NCBI GenBank assembly: GCA_022841505.1
Contig: JALHRK010000001.1
Span: 357-64,356 of the forward strand
Length of the DNA stretch: 64,000 bases
Direction: 5' to 3'
Source: Saprospiraceae bacterium
GTDB lineage: Bacteria > Bacteroidota > Bacteroidia > Chitinophagales > Saprospiraceae
Below the pieces are notes generated by a model. The model made no database searches, was not told the origin of the DNA, and saw only the letters and a list, made by a program, of their open reading frames with translations. Positions 1 through 9,651 of the stretch are shown here, in pieces. Each line of letters starts with the position of its first letter. The first letter of the stretch is position 1. The translations under genes and the position numbers were made by a program.

Positions 1-767
1 TTCCGGAATTGGCTGGGCATATCCCACAGGCTGAACAAATCACCTTGCGACAACTGCTGAGCCATCTGTCGGGCATCACCGATCCGCCGAACGAAAGCAT
101 CCGCTATCAACTCGACCTCGTGAACGACCCGGAGGGCTTTGGAGCACAGCGTACGGAAGCCTTGCTGGAAAAGTACGTTTACGGGAAAGCGCTGAATTTT
201 ACACCGGGCGCCGCTTATGGCTACAGCAACGCCAACTACTGGCTACTGGGGCTAATCGTGGAACGCCTGATGCAAAAAAACCTCCAGCAAGCACTGGACG
301 AGCTGATTTTTTCCCCGCTGAACCTGACCCAAACCTGGATTGAAAAACGCGACGATCGCAATGTTGCGCGGGGGTATTCCAATTTTTATGGCGATGGAAA
401 CCTGCTTGATGTGACCCGCTGGGATCGTGCGGAAGGCGACGGCAAAGCAGCCGGGGGACTTATCAGCACAGCGGAGGACCTGATGATTTTTATGACTGCG
501 CTTTTTGGCGGACAACTCCTGCCCCTCCCCGCTGTAGAAGAAATGAAACAAATTCAGCTTTCTGCCTGCAATAGCATTGATTGTGAATACGGCCTCGGAC
601 TGGAGCTTTGGCGCACCACAGCCGGCACAGCCTACGGCCACAACGGCAGCCTGATTGGGATAGAGGCAAATGTGCTTTATTTTCCGGAAAATGGAAACAC
701 CATCGTATTGTACAAAAACAATGGCAACGGTTCCAATAAACAGTTGATTGACCGGTTAATGGAGTAA
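1..767 (+). CDS. serine hydrolase / beta-lactamase-family protein, C-terminal part (5' end lies outside the window)
   Basis: The frame is open from the window edge. It contains a YSN motif (YxN-like) and a YGHNGS motif (HxG-like third box), as in class C beta-lactamase/PBP-type serine hydrolases. The SxxK box would lie upstream of the window. Confidence 0.65.
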   Translation, partial: PELAGHIPQAEQITLRQLLSHLSGITDPPNESIRYQLDLVNDPEGFGAQRTEALLEKYVYGKALNFTPGAAYGYSNANYWLLGLIVERLMQKNLQQALDELIFSPLNLTQTWIEKRDDRNVARGYSNFYGDGNLLDVTRWDRAEGDGKAAGGLISTAEDLMIFMTALFGGQLLPLPAVEEMKQIQLSACNSIDCEYGLGLELWRTTAGTAYGHNGSLIGIEANVLYFPENGNTIVLYKNNGNGSNKQLIDRLME

Positions 768-1055
768 ATATGCGATTGATGTTGTTTAGTCGCAAATAAC
801 TTCCCTGCCTGGGTGGTCGCTTTTTTCACCCGGGTTGCTTCTGCGACGAATCTTTCTTCTTCAATATCCAGTTATGAAACAGAAAAAATTATGCGCCCCC
901 TAAAGCCTTCTCTCCCATCAATTTGGAGGTTGCAACCCCCATTCAACCGCAAAATATTCTGCACAACCGCCCGCTGCTCCAAATTTTTGCAGCTTCCAAA
1001 AGTGCAACGCATTGTGAAACTGTGCAAAAAGCTGTATTCAAATTTGCAATTCAAT

Positions 1056-1085
1056 TTTGATTATCAACGCAAAAGGGTATTTTTG
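1056..1085 (+). promoter_or_regulatory. candidate Bacteroidota-type promoter for atpDC (-33 TTTG, -7 TATTTTTG)
   Basis: TTTG at 1056-1059 and TAnnTTTG at 1078-1085 are separated by 18 nt, about 39 nt upstream of the atpD ATG. Confidence 0.35.
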
Positions 1086-1111
1086 CACCGTTTTTTGGAG
1101 AACACTCATAA

Positions 1112-2644
<1,533 letters not shown>

Positions 2645-2655
2645 TTTAAGGAGAC

Positions 2656-2970
2656 ATGTTGAACATCAGTGTTTTAACGCCGGAAAAAGAAATCTTCCAC
2701 GGAGGAATCAAATCTGTGAAAGTGCCCGGAAGCCTCGGACAGTTTCAGGTGCTGCAAAACCACGCCCCGATCGTTTCCTCTTTGGATGCGGGCACGGTTC
2801 ACATCGTCACCGCCGGAGGGGAATATCGCTATTTTGATGAAGAAAGCAACACCATCAAGGTTGGCAACGAAACCGGAAGAACGATTTCGTTCAAAACCGC
2901 CGGTGGCTTCATCGAAGTGTTGAATAATGAAGTCTCTCTACTCGTCAAAGGGGTGAAAGACATCAAATAG
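2656..2970 (+). CDS. atpC: F0F1 ATP synthase subunit epsilon
   Basis: 104 aa, starting 12 nt after atpD. The N-terminal beta-sandwich-like sequence (LNISVLTPEKEIFHG...VPGSLGQFQVLQNHAPIVS) is typical of F1 epsilon. Confidence 0.9.
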   Translation: MLNISVLTPEKEIFHGGIKSVKVPGSLGQFQVLQNHAPIVSSLDAGTVHIVTAGGEYRYFDEESNTIKVGNETGRTISFKTAGGFIEVLNNEVSLLVKGVKDIK

Positions 2971-3017
2971 ACGTTAGATGTCAGATATGAGATATTAGAC
3001 AGCTAATGCAATCATAT

Positions 3018-3056
3018 AAAAAGCCTCCGATCATAAACCGGAGGCTTTTTTATTTT
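3018..3056 (+). terminator. rho-independent terminator of atpDC
   Basis: Stem AGCCTCCG / CGGAGGCT with a 9-nt loop, followed by TTTTTTATTTT. Confidence 0.8.
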
Positions 3057-3095
3057 GGTCCACTGCAAATTTTGTACGGATTACAAAACTGCTGC

Positions 3096-3332
3096 TCAAA
3101 CGTGATTTTCCAACGCGGTTCGCTCACTGTAACGCAGGATGTTGCGAAGGGCCGCCGGAGAAGGACGAAAAGTAACTTTAGGTAGCTCCCGGTAAGCAGC
3201 AAACAGCTCTTCGTATTCTTCCCGGAGCACGATGTTTTTCATCAGTGCTTCCTGAATAGCCAGCGTTTCCGTCACGGAAGTTTCTTTGTAAAGATACTGG
3301 ATTAGATGATCAGATGTAAGGTTTTGCTCCAT
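3096..3332 (-). CDS. small hypothetical protein (78 aa, helical)
   Basis: A clean ORF with an ATG start and no overlapping better ORF. I recognise no family. Confidence 0.45.
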   Translation of the reverse strand: MEQNLTSDHLIQYLYKETSVTETLAIQEALMKNIVLREEYEELFAAYRELPKVTFRPSPAALRNILRYSERTALENHV

Positions 3333-3430
3333 AAGGTGTTGCTTGTGAGAAGATCAAAATCAAAAATCACTGATCTAACTAAAAAATTCGCCCGCTTATT
3401 GCATAGTTCCAATTTTTTTTGATAATGGCT

Positions 3431-3859
3431 TTATTTTACCCGATACCAGGTCTGCGTTCGGAAGATGCCCGACCAGTGTTTGCCGCGTACTTTCAGCTCA
3501 TCGGGCTTGCCTTCTTCAAACCAAACGCTGCAGGAATATTCGCTTCCACTTTCCGGATCAAGGATGGTTCCGTTTTTCCAGTAGTACTTGTATTTTTCCA
3601 GCCCCTCTACAATGAGCATGCCCAACAGCAGTTTTCCTTTTTTATTCCCCGGGCATTTTTCGCAGACGGTGTCGGGGGTTCTTTTCAGTAATTTGACCAA
3701 TTTTCCATGGAACTTGCCGTTTTGCTCAAAGATCTCCATGTGGGATTTGGCCTCGCCGGTTTTGTCGTCAATGGTTTTCCAAATGCCGGCAGGCGAGGAT
3801 TGCGCGCTCAACATGGCGCACAGGAATATGGCTGCAACCAGCCCCAAAAAGCGCTTCAT
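3431..3859 (-). CDS. DUF2147-like secreted protein
   Basis: Signal peptide MKRFLGLVAAIFLCAMLSAQ, then the GIWKTIDDKTGEAKSHMEIF...GKLV...WFEEGKPDELKVRG pattern typical of DUF2147. I moved the start to the internal ATG at 3859. Confidence 0.7.
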   Translation of the reverse strand: MKRFLGLVAAIFLCAMLSAQSSPAGIWKTIDDKTGEAKSHMEIFEQNGKFHGKLVKLLKRTPDTVCEKCPGNKKGKLLLGMLIVEGLEKYKYYWKNGTILDPESGSEYSCSVWFEEGKPDELKVRGKHWSGIFRTQTWYRVK

Positions 3860-3895
3860 AAAAGTTGTTTTATTTTTAGTTTGAAAATGAAATTT

Positions 3896-4034
3896 AACCA
3901 CATAGGTTCTTTTTACCACATAGTTGTTTTTACCACATAGGGCACATAGTTGTTTTCACATAGTCCACATAGCACAGGGAAGCCGCCTATGTGTCCTATG
4001 TGAAAACCTCTATTGTGAACTATGTGGTAAAAAA
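3896..4034. repeat. family A intergenic palindromic element (array of CACATAG heptamers followed by inverted CTATGTG copies)
   Basis: About six direct CACATAG copies are followed by CTATGTGTCCTATGTGAAAAC...TATGTGGTAAAAA. The ends are inverted (TTTTTACCACATA / TATGTGGTAAAAA). A second copy is at 12219-12364. Confidence 0.75.
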
Positions 4035-4351
4035 TCGGATGAAGGACTCCAAAACACCTCATCAAAGTTGCATACCTGATCATTTTCCACCCGCACGCCT
4101 TCCTGCTCCAGCAATTCCTGCATCATGGTAGGCGTCGGAAAATGATGCCGTCCGCTGAGTTCCCCTTTTCGGTTAACGACCCGATGCGCCGGCACAGCAT
4201 CGCCGAGGAAACTTTTGTTCAGCGCCCAACCCACCATGCGCGCGGCGCCCAGAGCCAAATGGTCGGCAATGGCGCCGTAAGTGGTAATGCGCCCGCGTGG
4301 AATCCGCCGGGTCACTTCGTACACTTGTTCAAAGTAGGTTGGTTCCGACAT
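4010..4351 (-). CDS. alkyltransferase-like (ATL) protein of the MGMT/Ogt DNA-binding domain family, lacking the catalytic Cys
   Basis: The motif reads PAHRVVN where O6-alkylguanine transferases have PCHRV. The helix-turn-helix part (TTYGAIADHLA) is present. Start set at the ATG at 4351. The last 8 codons and the stop lie inside repeat A. Confidence 0.75.
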   Translation of the reverse strand: MSEPTYFEQVYEVTRRIPRGRITTYGAIADHLALGAARMVGWALNKSFLGDAVPAHRVVNRKGELSGRHHFPTPTMMQELLEQEGVRVENDQVCNFDEVFWSPSSDFLPHSSQ

Positions 4352-4364
4352 ATTTTTACTAATT

Positions 4365-5048
4365 TTGTTCCCCATACTACGATCTGTTGTGCTGAAAATC
4401 AAAGTTAAAGCAAATTCAATTACGAACCTGACCGATGCGCGTTATTTTGCAGCCCGGGAAGTGACCTGGATGGGGTTCTGCCTCGACCCAGCCTCGGATG
4501 ATTATGTGCCGCCTCAAAAGGTGAGCGCCATCTGCGAATGGCTCGACAGCGTCAAATTTGTGGGCGAATTTCCGTTGTCCGACGCGGTGGAAATTCTGGA
4601 AACTGCGGAACAACTCAACCTGCATGCTGTTCAGGTACACCGCTTTACCGAAATGGATGACCTGAACGAATTGCAACGCCGAATCCCGGTGATCCAGGAA
4701 GTGGTGCTGGGGGCTGACGAAGATCCCGTCGCTTTATCCGACTGGATGAACAGCCGCGCGGGCGCCGTAGAAGCTTTTTTGTTGGATTTTGGAAAAAACC
4801 GGATCGCTTGGAACGAAAATCCGGGTTGGCAGGAATGGCTCAAAACCGCCTGCAACCAACATCCGGTGATCCTGAATATGGATTTCGATGCGAATACGCT
4901 TCCGGAAATTTTGAATACCTTGCCCTTGTATGGATTGGCTGTGCATGGGGGCGAAGAGGAAAAAACCGGAATAAAATCTTTTGATGAATTGGACAGCCTG
5001 CTTGAGTTCCTGGAACTCCCTGAAGAACATGCTGTTGAACAACCATAA
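4365..5048 (+). CDS. phosphoribosylanthranilate isomerase (TrpF)-like TIM-barrel protein; start uncertain
   Basis: The sequence aligns by eye with TrpF (ITNLTDARYFA...MGFCLDP...VPPQKV...LNLHAVQVH...GGEEEKTGIKSF). The N-terminal KICG Cys is absent (KVKANSI) and no trp genes are nearby. Confidence 0.5.
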   Translation: MFPILRSVVLKIKVKANSITNLTDARYFAAREVTWMGFCLDPASDDYVPPQKVSAICEWLDSVKFVGEFPLSDAVEILETAEQLNLHAVQVHRFTEMDDLNELQRRIPVIQEVVLGADEDPVALSDWMNSRAGAVEAFLLDFGKNRIAWNENPGWQEWLKTACNQHPVILNMDFDANTLPEILNTLPLYGLAVHGGEEEKTGIKSFDELDSLLEFLELPEEHAVEQP

Positions 5049-5058
5049 ATTACAGACT

Positions 5059-5451
5059 ATGAGCCGGATATTATTGGTCTGCCTGCTCGCTACGACCTGG
5101 CAGGTCGCTACCGCACAAAACGTAAAGGAAGAACCGCTCATCAAAGAAATGATGCAGCAATTCGAAGCCAGCAACCGCAACCGGGCAACGGTCTCGGGCT
5201 GGCGCATTCAACTCCTGGCCACCACCGACCGCCAGAAATTGGACAACGTGCGGCAAACATTTCAATACCGCTACCCGAACATCCCGGTGGACTGGATCCA
5301 CGACCCACCCTACTACAAACTCCGGGCCGGCGCTTTTTTCACCAAATTGGACGCCATGCGCCTCAAGCACATCCTGGAGAAAGAATACTCGGGGATTTAT
5401 TTGGTGAAGGACGAAAAGATTAAGACGGTTGAGTTGGTGCAGTCCTATTGA
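5059..5451 (+). CDS. SPOR domain-containing protein
   Basis: Signal peptide, then GWRIQLLATTDRQKLDNVRQTF...YYKLRAGAFFTKLDAMRLKHIL, which is typical of a SPOR peptidoglycan-binding repeat. Confidence 0.7.
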   Translation: MSRILLVCLLATTWQVATAQNVKEEPLIKEMMQQFEASNRNRATVSGWRIQLLATTDRQKLDNVRQTFQYRYPNIPVDWIHDPPYYKLRAGAFFTKLDAMRLKHILEKEYSGIYLVKDEKIKTVELVQSY

Positions 5452-5455
5452 GGGC

Positions 5456-6493
5456 CTACCACACCACCTTCTTCCCATTTTCATACAACACAAACCGGTC
5501 TTTGGGTTCTTTGAAAGCCAGTGCTTGATTCATGCCAAACTTGCACGCACTTCGGATATTCAGGCCACGAGCAATGCGACTGTAAAAGCCGGTAGCAAAT
5601 GCAATGGCGGCATCGTCACGCACAGCCCAACTGGTGCCGATGACGTAGGGAACTACCTGTGCTAATGCCTGAGCCTGGGCTTCTGAATAGCAAGAGTTGA
5701 AGAGGACTACATTGATTGGGACATTTTCGTCATTAACTATCGTTTCAAAAATACTCTTTACAACATCGGTACCCACAAAAAAAGGATTGCGTTTTGACTC
5801 ATCGTACAAAATGATTCCAGTGTCGTCCTGTGGCACTTGCTGTCCATTGTCTCCACCTAGATTGAGGCCACGATGGATCACGTCTTGTAATTCCGGGTTG
5901 CTTTTTTCTCCATGGCCCGAAAAGTGAACGATGGTTGGTCTTTCGTCGTACAGGTATTCCTGAAACTCTGACAAAGTCACGGCTTTCTTAGAACGGATGC
6001 GGAAAGAGGCAGCGTTGTCGCTTTCCTGAATCTTGGTAGAAATGCGGCTATGTTCCAGATCAACCTGAAGAATGCCGGTGCCGGAAGGATTCGAAGCCAA
6101 AATGAGGATCGTTGTGGGTTCTTTGGGTGGAGTTGGTGAAATTGGTTCTGGAACAGGCTCCGGTTTTGGCACAATAACAACAGGCTCCGGTTTTGGCACA
6201 ACAACAGGCTCCGGGATGTCCATTTCAACACTAATTTCCGGGTCCGTAATGTCGCCAAGATAGCTTTGCAGGGCAGAGGTCACCTGAGCACGGGTACGAG
6301 CATAAAACTCAGACCCTACCACGCCGTTGGAATTGTCTTTTTCATTTTTGTGGTAGCGGCTGGATTGCAGGGTTACGTTGTCGGATAGGTCGTTGTCCCT
6401 AAGCTTATCGGCCACTAAAAACAGGGCATCAATGGCTTTTTCCAGATCGCCTTTCGCAATCATGCTGCGAATGTCTTTGATTTTGATGGTCAT
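5456..6493 (-). CDS. CHAT/caspase-like cysteine protease with an N-terminal EAD-like helical adaptor and a Pro-rich linker
   Basis: The C-terminal half has a His/Cys dyad context (IVHFSGHG ... VVLFNSCYS) typical of CHAT/caspase-fold proteases. The N-terminal ~85 aa helical module matches the C-terminus of the PNP protein at 23561-25096. Start set at the ATG at 6493. Confidence 0.75.
   Translation of the reverse strand: MTIKIKDIRSMIAKGDLEKAIDALFLVADKLRDNDLSDNVTLQSSRYHKNEKDNSNGVVGSEFYARTRAQVTSALQSYLGDITDPEISVEMDIPEPVVVPKPEPVVIVPKPEPVPEPISPTPPKEPTTILILASNPSGTGILQVDLEHSRISTKIQESDNAASFRIRSKKAVTLSEFQEYLYDERPTIVHFSGHGEKSNPELQDVIHRGLNLGGDNGQQVPQDDTGIILYDESKRNPFFVGTDVVKSIFETIVNDENVPINVVLFNSCYSEAQAQALAQVVPYVIGTSWAVRDDAAIAFATGFYSRIARGLNIRSACKFGMNQALAFKEPKDRFVLYENGKKVVW
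6154..6215. repeat. tandem 27/24-nt repeat encoding the PEPVV(V/I)VPK linker of the CHAT protein
   Basis: CAGGCTCCGGTTTTGGCACAA(TAA)CAA occurs 2.4 times. Confidence 0.8.
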
Positions 6494-6736
6494 GATACTG
6501 TTTTCGATTAAGAAGTTTTTCCAGTGTTTGATGCGACAAAGTAATACGAAATACTCTAAATTACTTCCTCTTAGCAAATGTTGCTTTTTTCCAGTCGCAC
6601 GAAGCTCATCAAAATCTACGGTTACACTATTGCCAAAAGTTTTGGGCTTAATTGATTCAGCTTTTTCTTTTAGCTCAAGTAACCTCTTCTGAGCTATTCC
6701 AACGATAATGTCGTCTGTATGAAAACCTTTCCAATA

Positions 6737-6895
6737 TTAAACACCTTCCACATATTTACAGACTTTTTTTTCAGCACTTAATACATAGTTGTGGATAGAA
6801 AGACTTAACTTTTCTATGTCAACACCATAAGCTATTTTCGTTTCTTTCAGCACTTCTTTTACTAATCCATTTATGTCTTGAATTTTCTTCAGCAT
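6737..6895 (-). CDS. 52-codon ORF in the same frame as the CHAT gene, separated from it by a single TAA; either a small gene or the remnant of an N-terminal extension
   Basis: Hand translation gives MLKKIQDINGLVKEVLKETKIAYGVDIEKLSLSIHNYVLSAEKKVCKYVEGV*. The frame then stays open for all 81 codons down to the ATG at 6493. Confidence 0.25.
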   Translation of the reverse strand: MLKKIQDINGLVKEVLKETKIAYGVDIEKLSLSIHNYVLSAEKKVCKYVEGV

Positions 6896-7065
6896 GAGAA
6901 GCCTATCTATGGGCAGAAGGTTATGTTTATATGTTTGTAAAATTGCACATTTTCTCGCTTATGTCAGAAGAGTTATAAAAATTTCCTTCGCGCCGCATGA
7001 AATGGGGTTAAATATCTATCTGTCCAGTGGCTATAATTCTGCGCTTGGTTAGGAGTTGATTGTTG

Positions 7066-7200
7066 CCAGGTAAAAAACCCCGACAGGGGTTGAACGTGAA
7101 TAGCCCCGAATGAAATTCGGGGCCTATGGTAAGGCGTGTTTGCGGGCAACCCTGATAGGGGTTGAATGTTATGTCTGGCCAATTAACAGGTAAACCTCCT
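7066..7200. repeat. short intergenic repeat cluster (two AACCC(C/T)GA(C/T)AGGGGTTGAA(C/T)GT units plus the hairpin CCCCGAATGAAATTCGGGG)
   Basis: Direct repeats and the hairpin are visible in the sequence. The ORFs predicted here (6973-7289) look like artefacts of the repeats. Confidence 0.45.
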
Positions 7201-7328
7201 GCTTGAGCGTGTTTTCGACCCCTTTCAGCGTTGTGCTGCCCGGAATCGGAGTTCCGGGGTACAGAAAACGACAAACGCCCTGCTTTCAAAAGAAAACAAG
7301 GCGTTCGGCATTCCGCGAAAGCGGAAAA

Positions 7329-9458
7329 TTATTGATGCTGCGAAATCAGGTCGTGCATGATCTGGAGGGTTTCTTTGATGTACACATCTTTGGAAACCGT
7401 TTTGATCCAATCCTCATTCCGCGCTTTTTTCGATTCGTCGGCATTGATGACGGCCACGTCAGCGTTCGGGTTTTGAATCCCCGTATTCACCACAGCGTCC
7501 ATCAGGTTTTTGTACGGATCCGCGCTGGCTTGCAGTCCTTTTTCAAAAGACTGGAAAGCATCCAGTTTCAGTGGTAAGAGCGTCATTTCGCGCTGCGATT
7601 CCAGGCGTTTTGCATTTTCCAGCACTTTCCGGAAAACTTCATTGCTTTTGGTACGCGCCTCGCTGTTGGATTTGATCTTATCTAAGTTTTTGACCTTCAT
7701 TACATTCTGGCTGTAAGCCACCGGTTCAATCTCAGACCATTCCAACGAATGTTTTTCTTCCTGCTCGCCGGTTTTGAGATAAAAATAGCTGTCAGGCAGG
7801 ACGATGTCAGGAATTACCCCTTTTTTCTGGGTAGACCCCCCGTTGATGCGGTAAAATTTCTGCATCGTCATTTTGACGCTGCCCAATGGTTTGTATTGGT
7901 CAAACCCGCGTACGGTGCGGTCAAGGTCAACAAAGCGCTGCACGGTGCCTTTCCCAAAAGTAGAGGGGCTGCTGCCCACGATGACGGCCCGACCGTAATC
8001 CTGAAGGGCTGCGGCCAGAATTTCAGAAGCCGAAGCGCTGTATGAATTCACCATGACGATGAGCGGACCGTTGTATTGTACGCCGGCGTCTAAGTCATTC
8101 TGAATATCCGGCATGCCACCCCTCGATTTCACCTGCACGATGGGGCCTTTCTCGATAAAGAAACCCGACATGCGGACGACATCATTGAGCGAACCGCCTG
8201 TGTTGTTGCGCAGGTCGAGGATGATGCCATCTACTTTTTCTGCCTTGAGTTTCGCAATTTCAATGGCAACGTCCTGCGAGCAGAAACGGCCGTCGCGGTG
8301 CTCAAAATCGGCATAGAAGCTCGGCAGGTAAATGAATCCGATTTTTTCACCTTTAGAGCCGCCGTCGAGGATCAGGGATTTTGCGAAGCGCTCATCCAGC
8401 ACCACGATGTCGCGGATGATGGAAATGACTTTTACCGTCCCGTCCACTTTTTTGACCGTCAGCCGCACTTCGGTATCTTTTGCGCCGCGCACCAATTGCA
8501 CCACGTCATTGATCTGCATGCCTTTGATGTCAACCGGAGTTGCAGAGCCTTGCGCCACACTGAGGATGACGTCGTTTTCCTGGAGTTCTTTGCCTTTCCA
8601 GGCCGGGCCGCCAACCACAATAGAAGTCACTTTGGTGTAGTCATCTTCGCTCAGCAACTGCGCGCCGATGCCTTCGAGGCGTCCGCTGAAGCGAATATCA
8701 AAGTTCTCCTTTTCAATGGGTTGGAAATAATTGGTATGCGGGTCGTAGATGCCTGAAATGGCATTCAGGTACACGCTGAGGCGCTCTTCGCGCTTTAGTT
8801 TGCGCAGGCGGTCGTAGAAATCGTCGAACAATTTAAGGACGTCCTCCCGGGCAATTTTTTCCAGTTCTTCCGGCGTTTTTTTCTTTACTTCATTTTCCTG
8901 TGGATCGGACGTTTTTTTCGCCTCCTCTTTTTCCTGGGCGTCCATTTTGGCTACAAACCGATCTAACGTTTCGTATTTGAGGTAGCGGCGCCAGTATTCC
9001 TTCAGTTCGGCGTCGTTTTTGGCATACTTGCGCTTATCGCCGTCGAGCTCTATTTTTTCGTCCACTGTGAAATCGAAAGGTTTTGCGAGAATATCGCGGT
9101 AGTAGCCCTGCGTTTTGTCCATGGCCGTGTTCAGCAACTCCAGCGACAGGTCAAAGCATTGAAAAGTACCGGCTTTCGCTTCGTCGTCCAATTTCAGGCG
9201 ATAAGCTTCCAGTTGTTCCAGTTCTTTTTGGGTAAAAAAGCGCTTGGCGCCATCTATACTTTCAAGATAATTATCGAAGACCTTCTTCGAAAATTCGTCG
9301 TCAATTGCCGGTGGGTCGTAGTGCATTTGCTCCAACCCCCTCAGCATGGCCTGCATCAGCACAGCCTCTTTCTCCTGATCCGTAGGATTGGGAAAAATGG
9401 CCGCCGCAAACAGCCCAACCGCAACTAATGAATAAAAAACGGGCTTATGCAATTTCAT
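7329..9458 (-). CDS. carboxy-terminal processing (tail-specific) peptidase, family S41
   Basis: 709 aa with a signal peptide, a PDZ-like segment (GIGAQL...PAWKGKELQENDVILSV), and the S41 catalytic region DLRNNTGGSL ... NSYSASASEILAAALQDYGRAVIVG..TFGKGTVQ. Confidence 0.9.
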   Translation of the reverse strand: MKLHKPVFYSLVAVGLFAAAIFPNPTDQEKEAVLMQAMLRGLEQMHYDPPAIDDEFSKKVFDNYLESIDGAKRFFTQKELEQLEAYRLKLDDEAKAGTFQCFDLSLELLNTAMDKTQGYYRDILAKPFDFTVDEKIELDGDKRKYAKNDAELKEYWRRYLKYETLDRFVAKMDAQEKEEAKKTSDPQENEVKKKTPEELEKIAREDVLKLFDDFYDRLRKLKREERLSVYLNAISGIYDPHTNYFQPIEKENFDIRFSGRLEGIGAQLLSEDDYTKVTSIVVGGPAWKGKELQENDVILSVAQGSATPVDIKGMQINDVVQLVRGAKDTEVRLTVKKVDGTVKVISIIRDIVVLDERFAKSLILDGGSKGEKIGFIYLPSFYADFEHRDGRFCSQDVAIEIAKLKAEKVDGIILDLRNNTGGSLNDVVRMSGFFIEKGPIVQVKSRGGMPDIQNDLDAGVQYNGPLIVMVNSYSASASEILAAALQDYGRAVIVGSSPSTFGKGTVQRFVDLDRTVRGFDQYKPLGSVKMTMQKFYRINGGSTQKKGVIPDIVLPDSYFYLKTGEQEEKHSLEWSEIEPVAYSQNVMKVKNLDKIKSNSEARTKSNEVFRKVLENAKRLESQREMTLLPLKLDAFQSFEKGLQASADPYKNLMDAVVNTGIQNPNADVAVINADESKKARNEDWIKTVSKDVYIKETLQIMHDLISQHQ

Positions 9459-9651
9459 CGCTTTACTTGTTTTTAATGATCTACCAGAAAGAACGCCAAA
9501 ATGCCCGGTCAGTTGCACAAAAGTGGGGGCAGATTTTGCCTGTTCGTGTAATCTGACGCAAGACCGGATATAAATATACTTTGATTTGCCTTAAAATGTT
9601 TTGCGCAATACCATTTTCCGCAAAAATGTAAGTTTACTTTAACAGGATTTG

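Noticed and set aside
6973-7289. Two overlapping minus-strand ORFs (69 and 93 aa) plus 7203-7577 on the plus strand.
   Set aside because: They are generated by the GGGGTTGAA repeat and hairpin cluster and by the antisense of the S41 protease 3' end. There is no coding signal.
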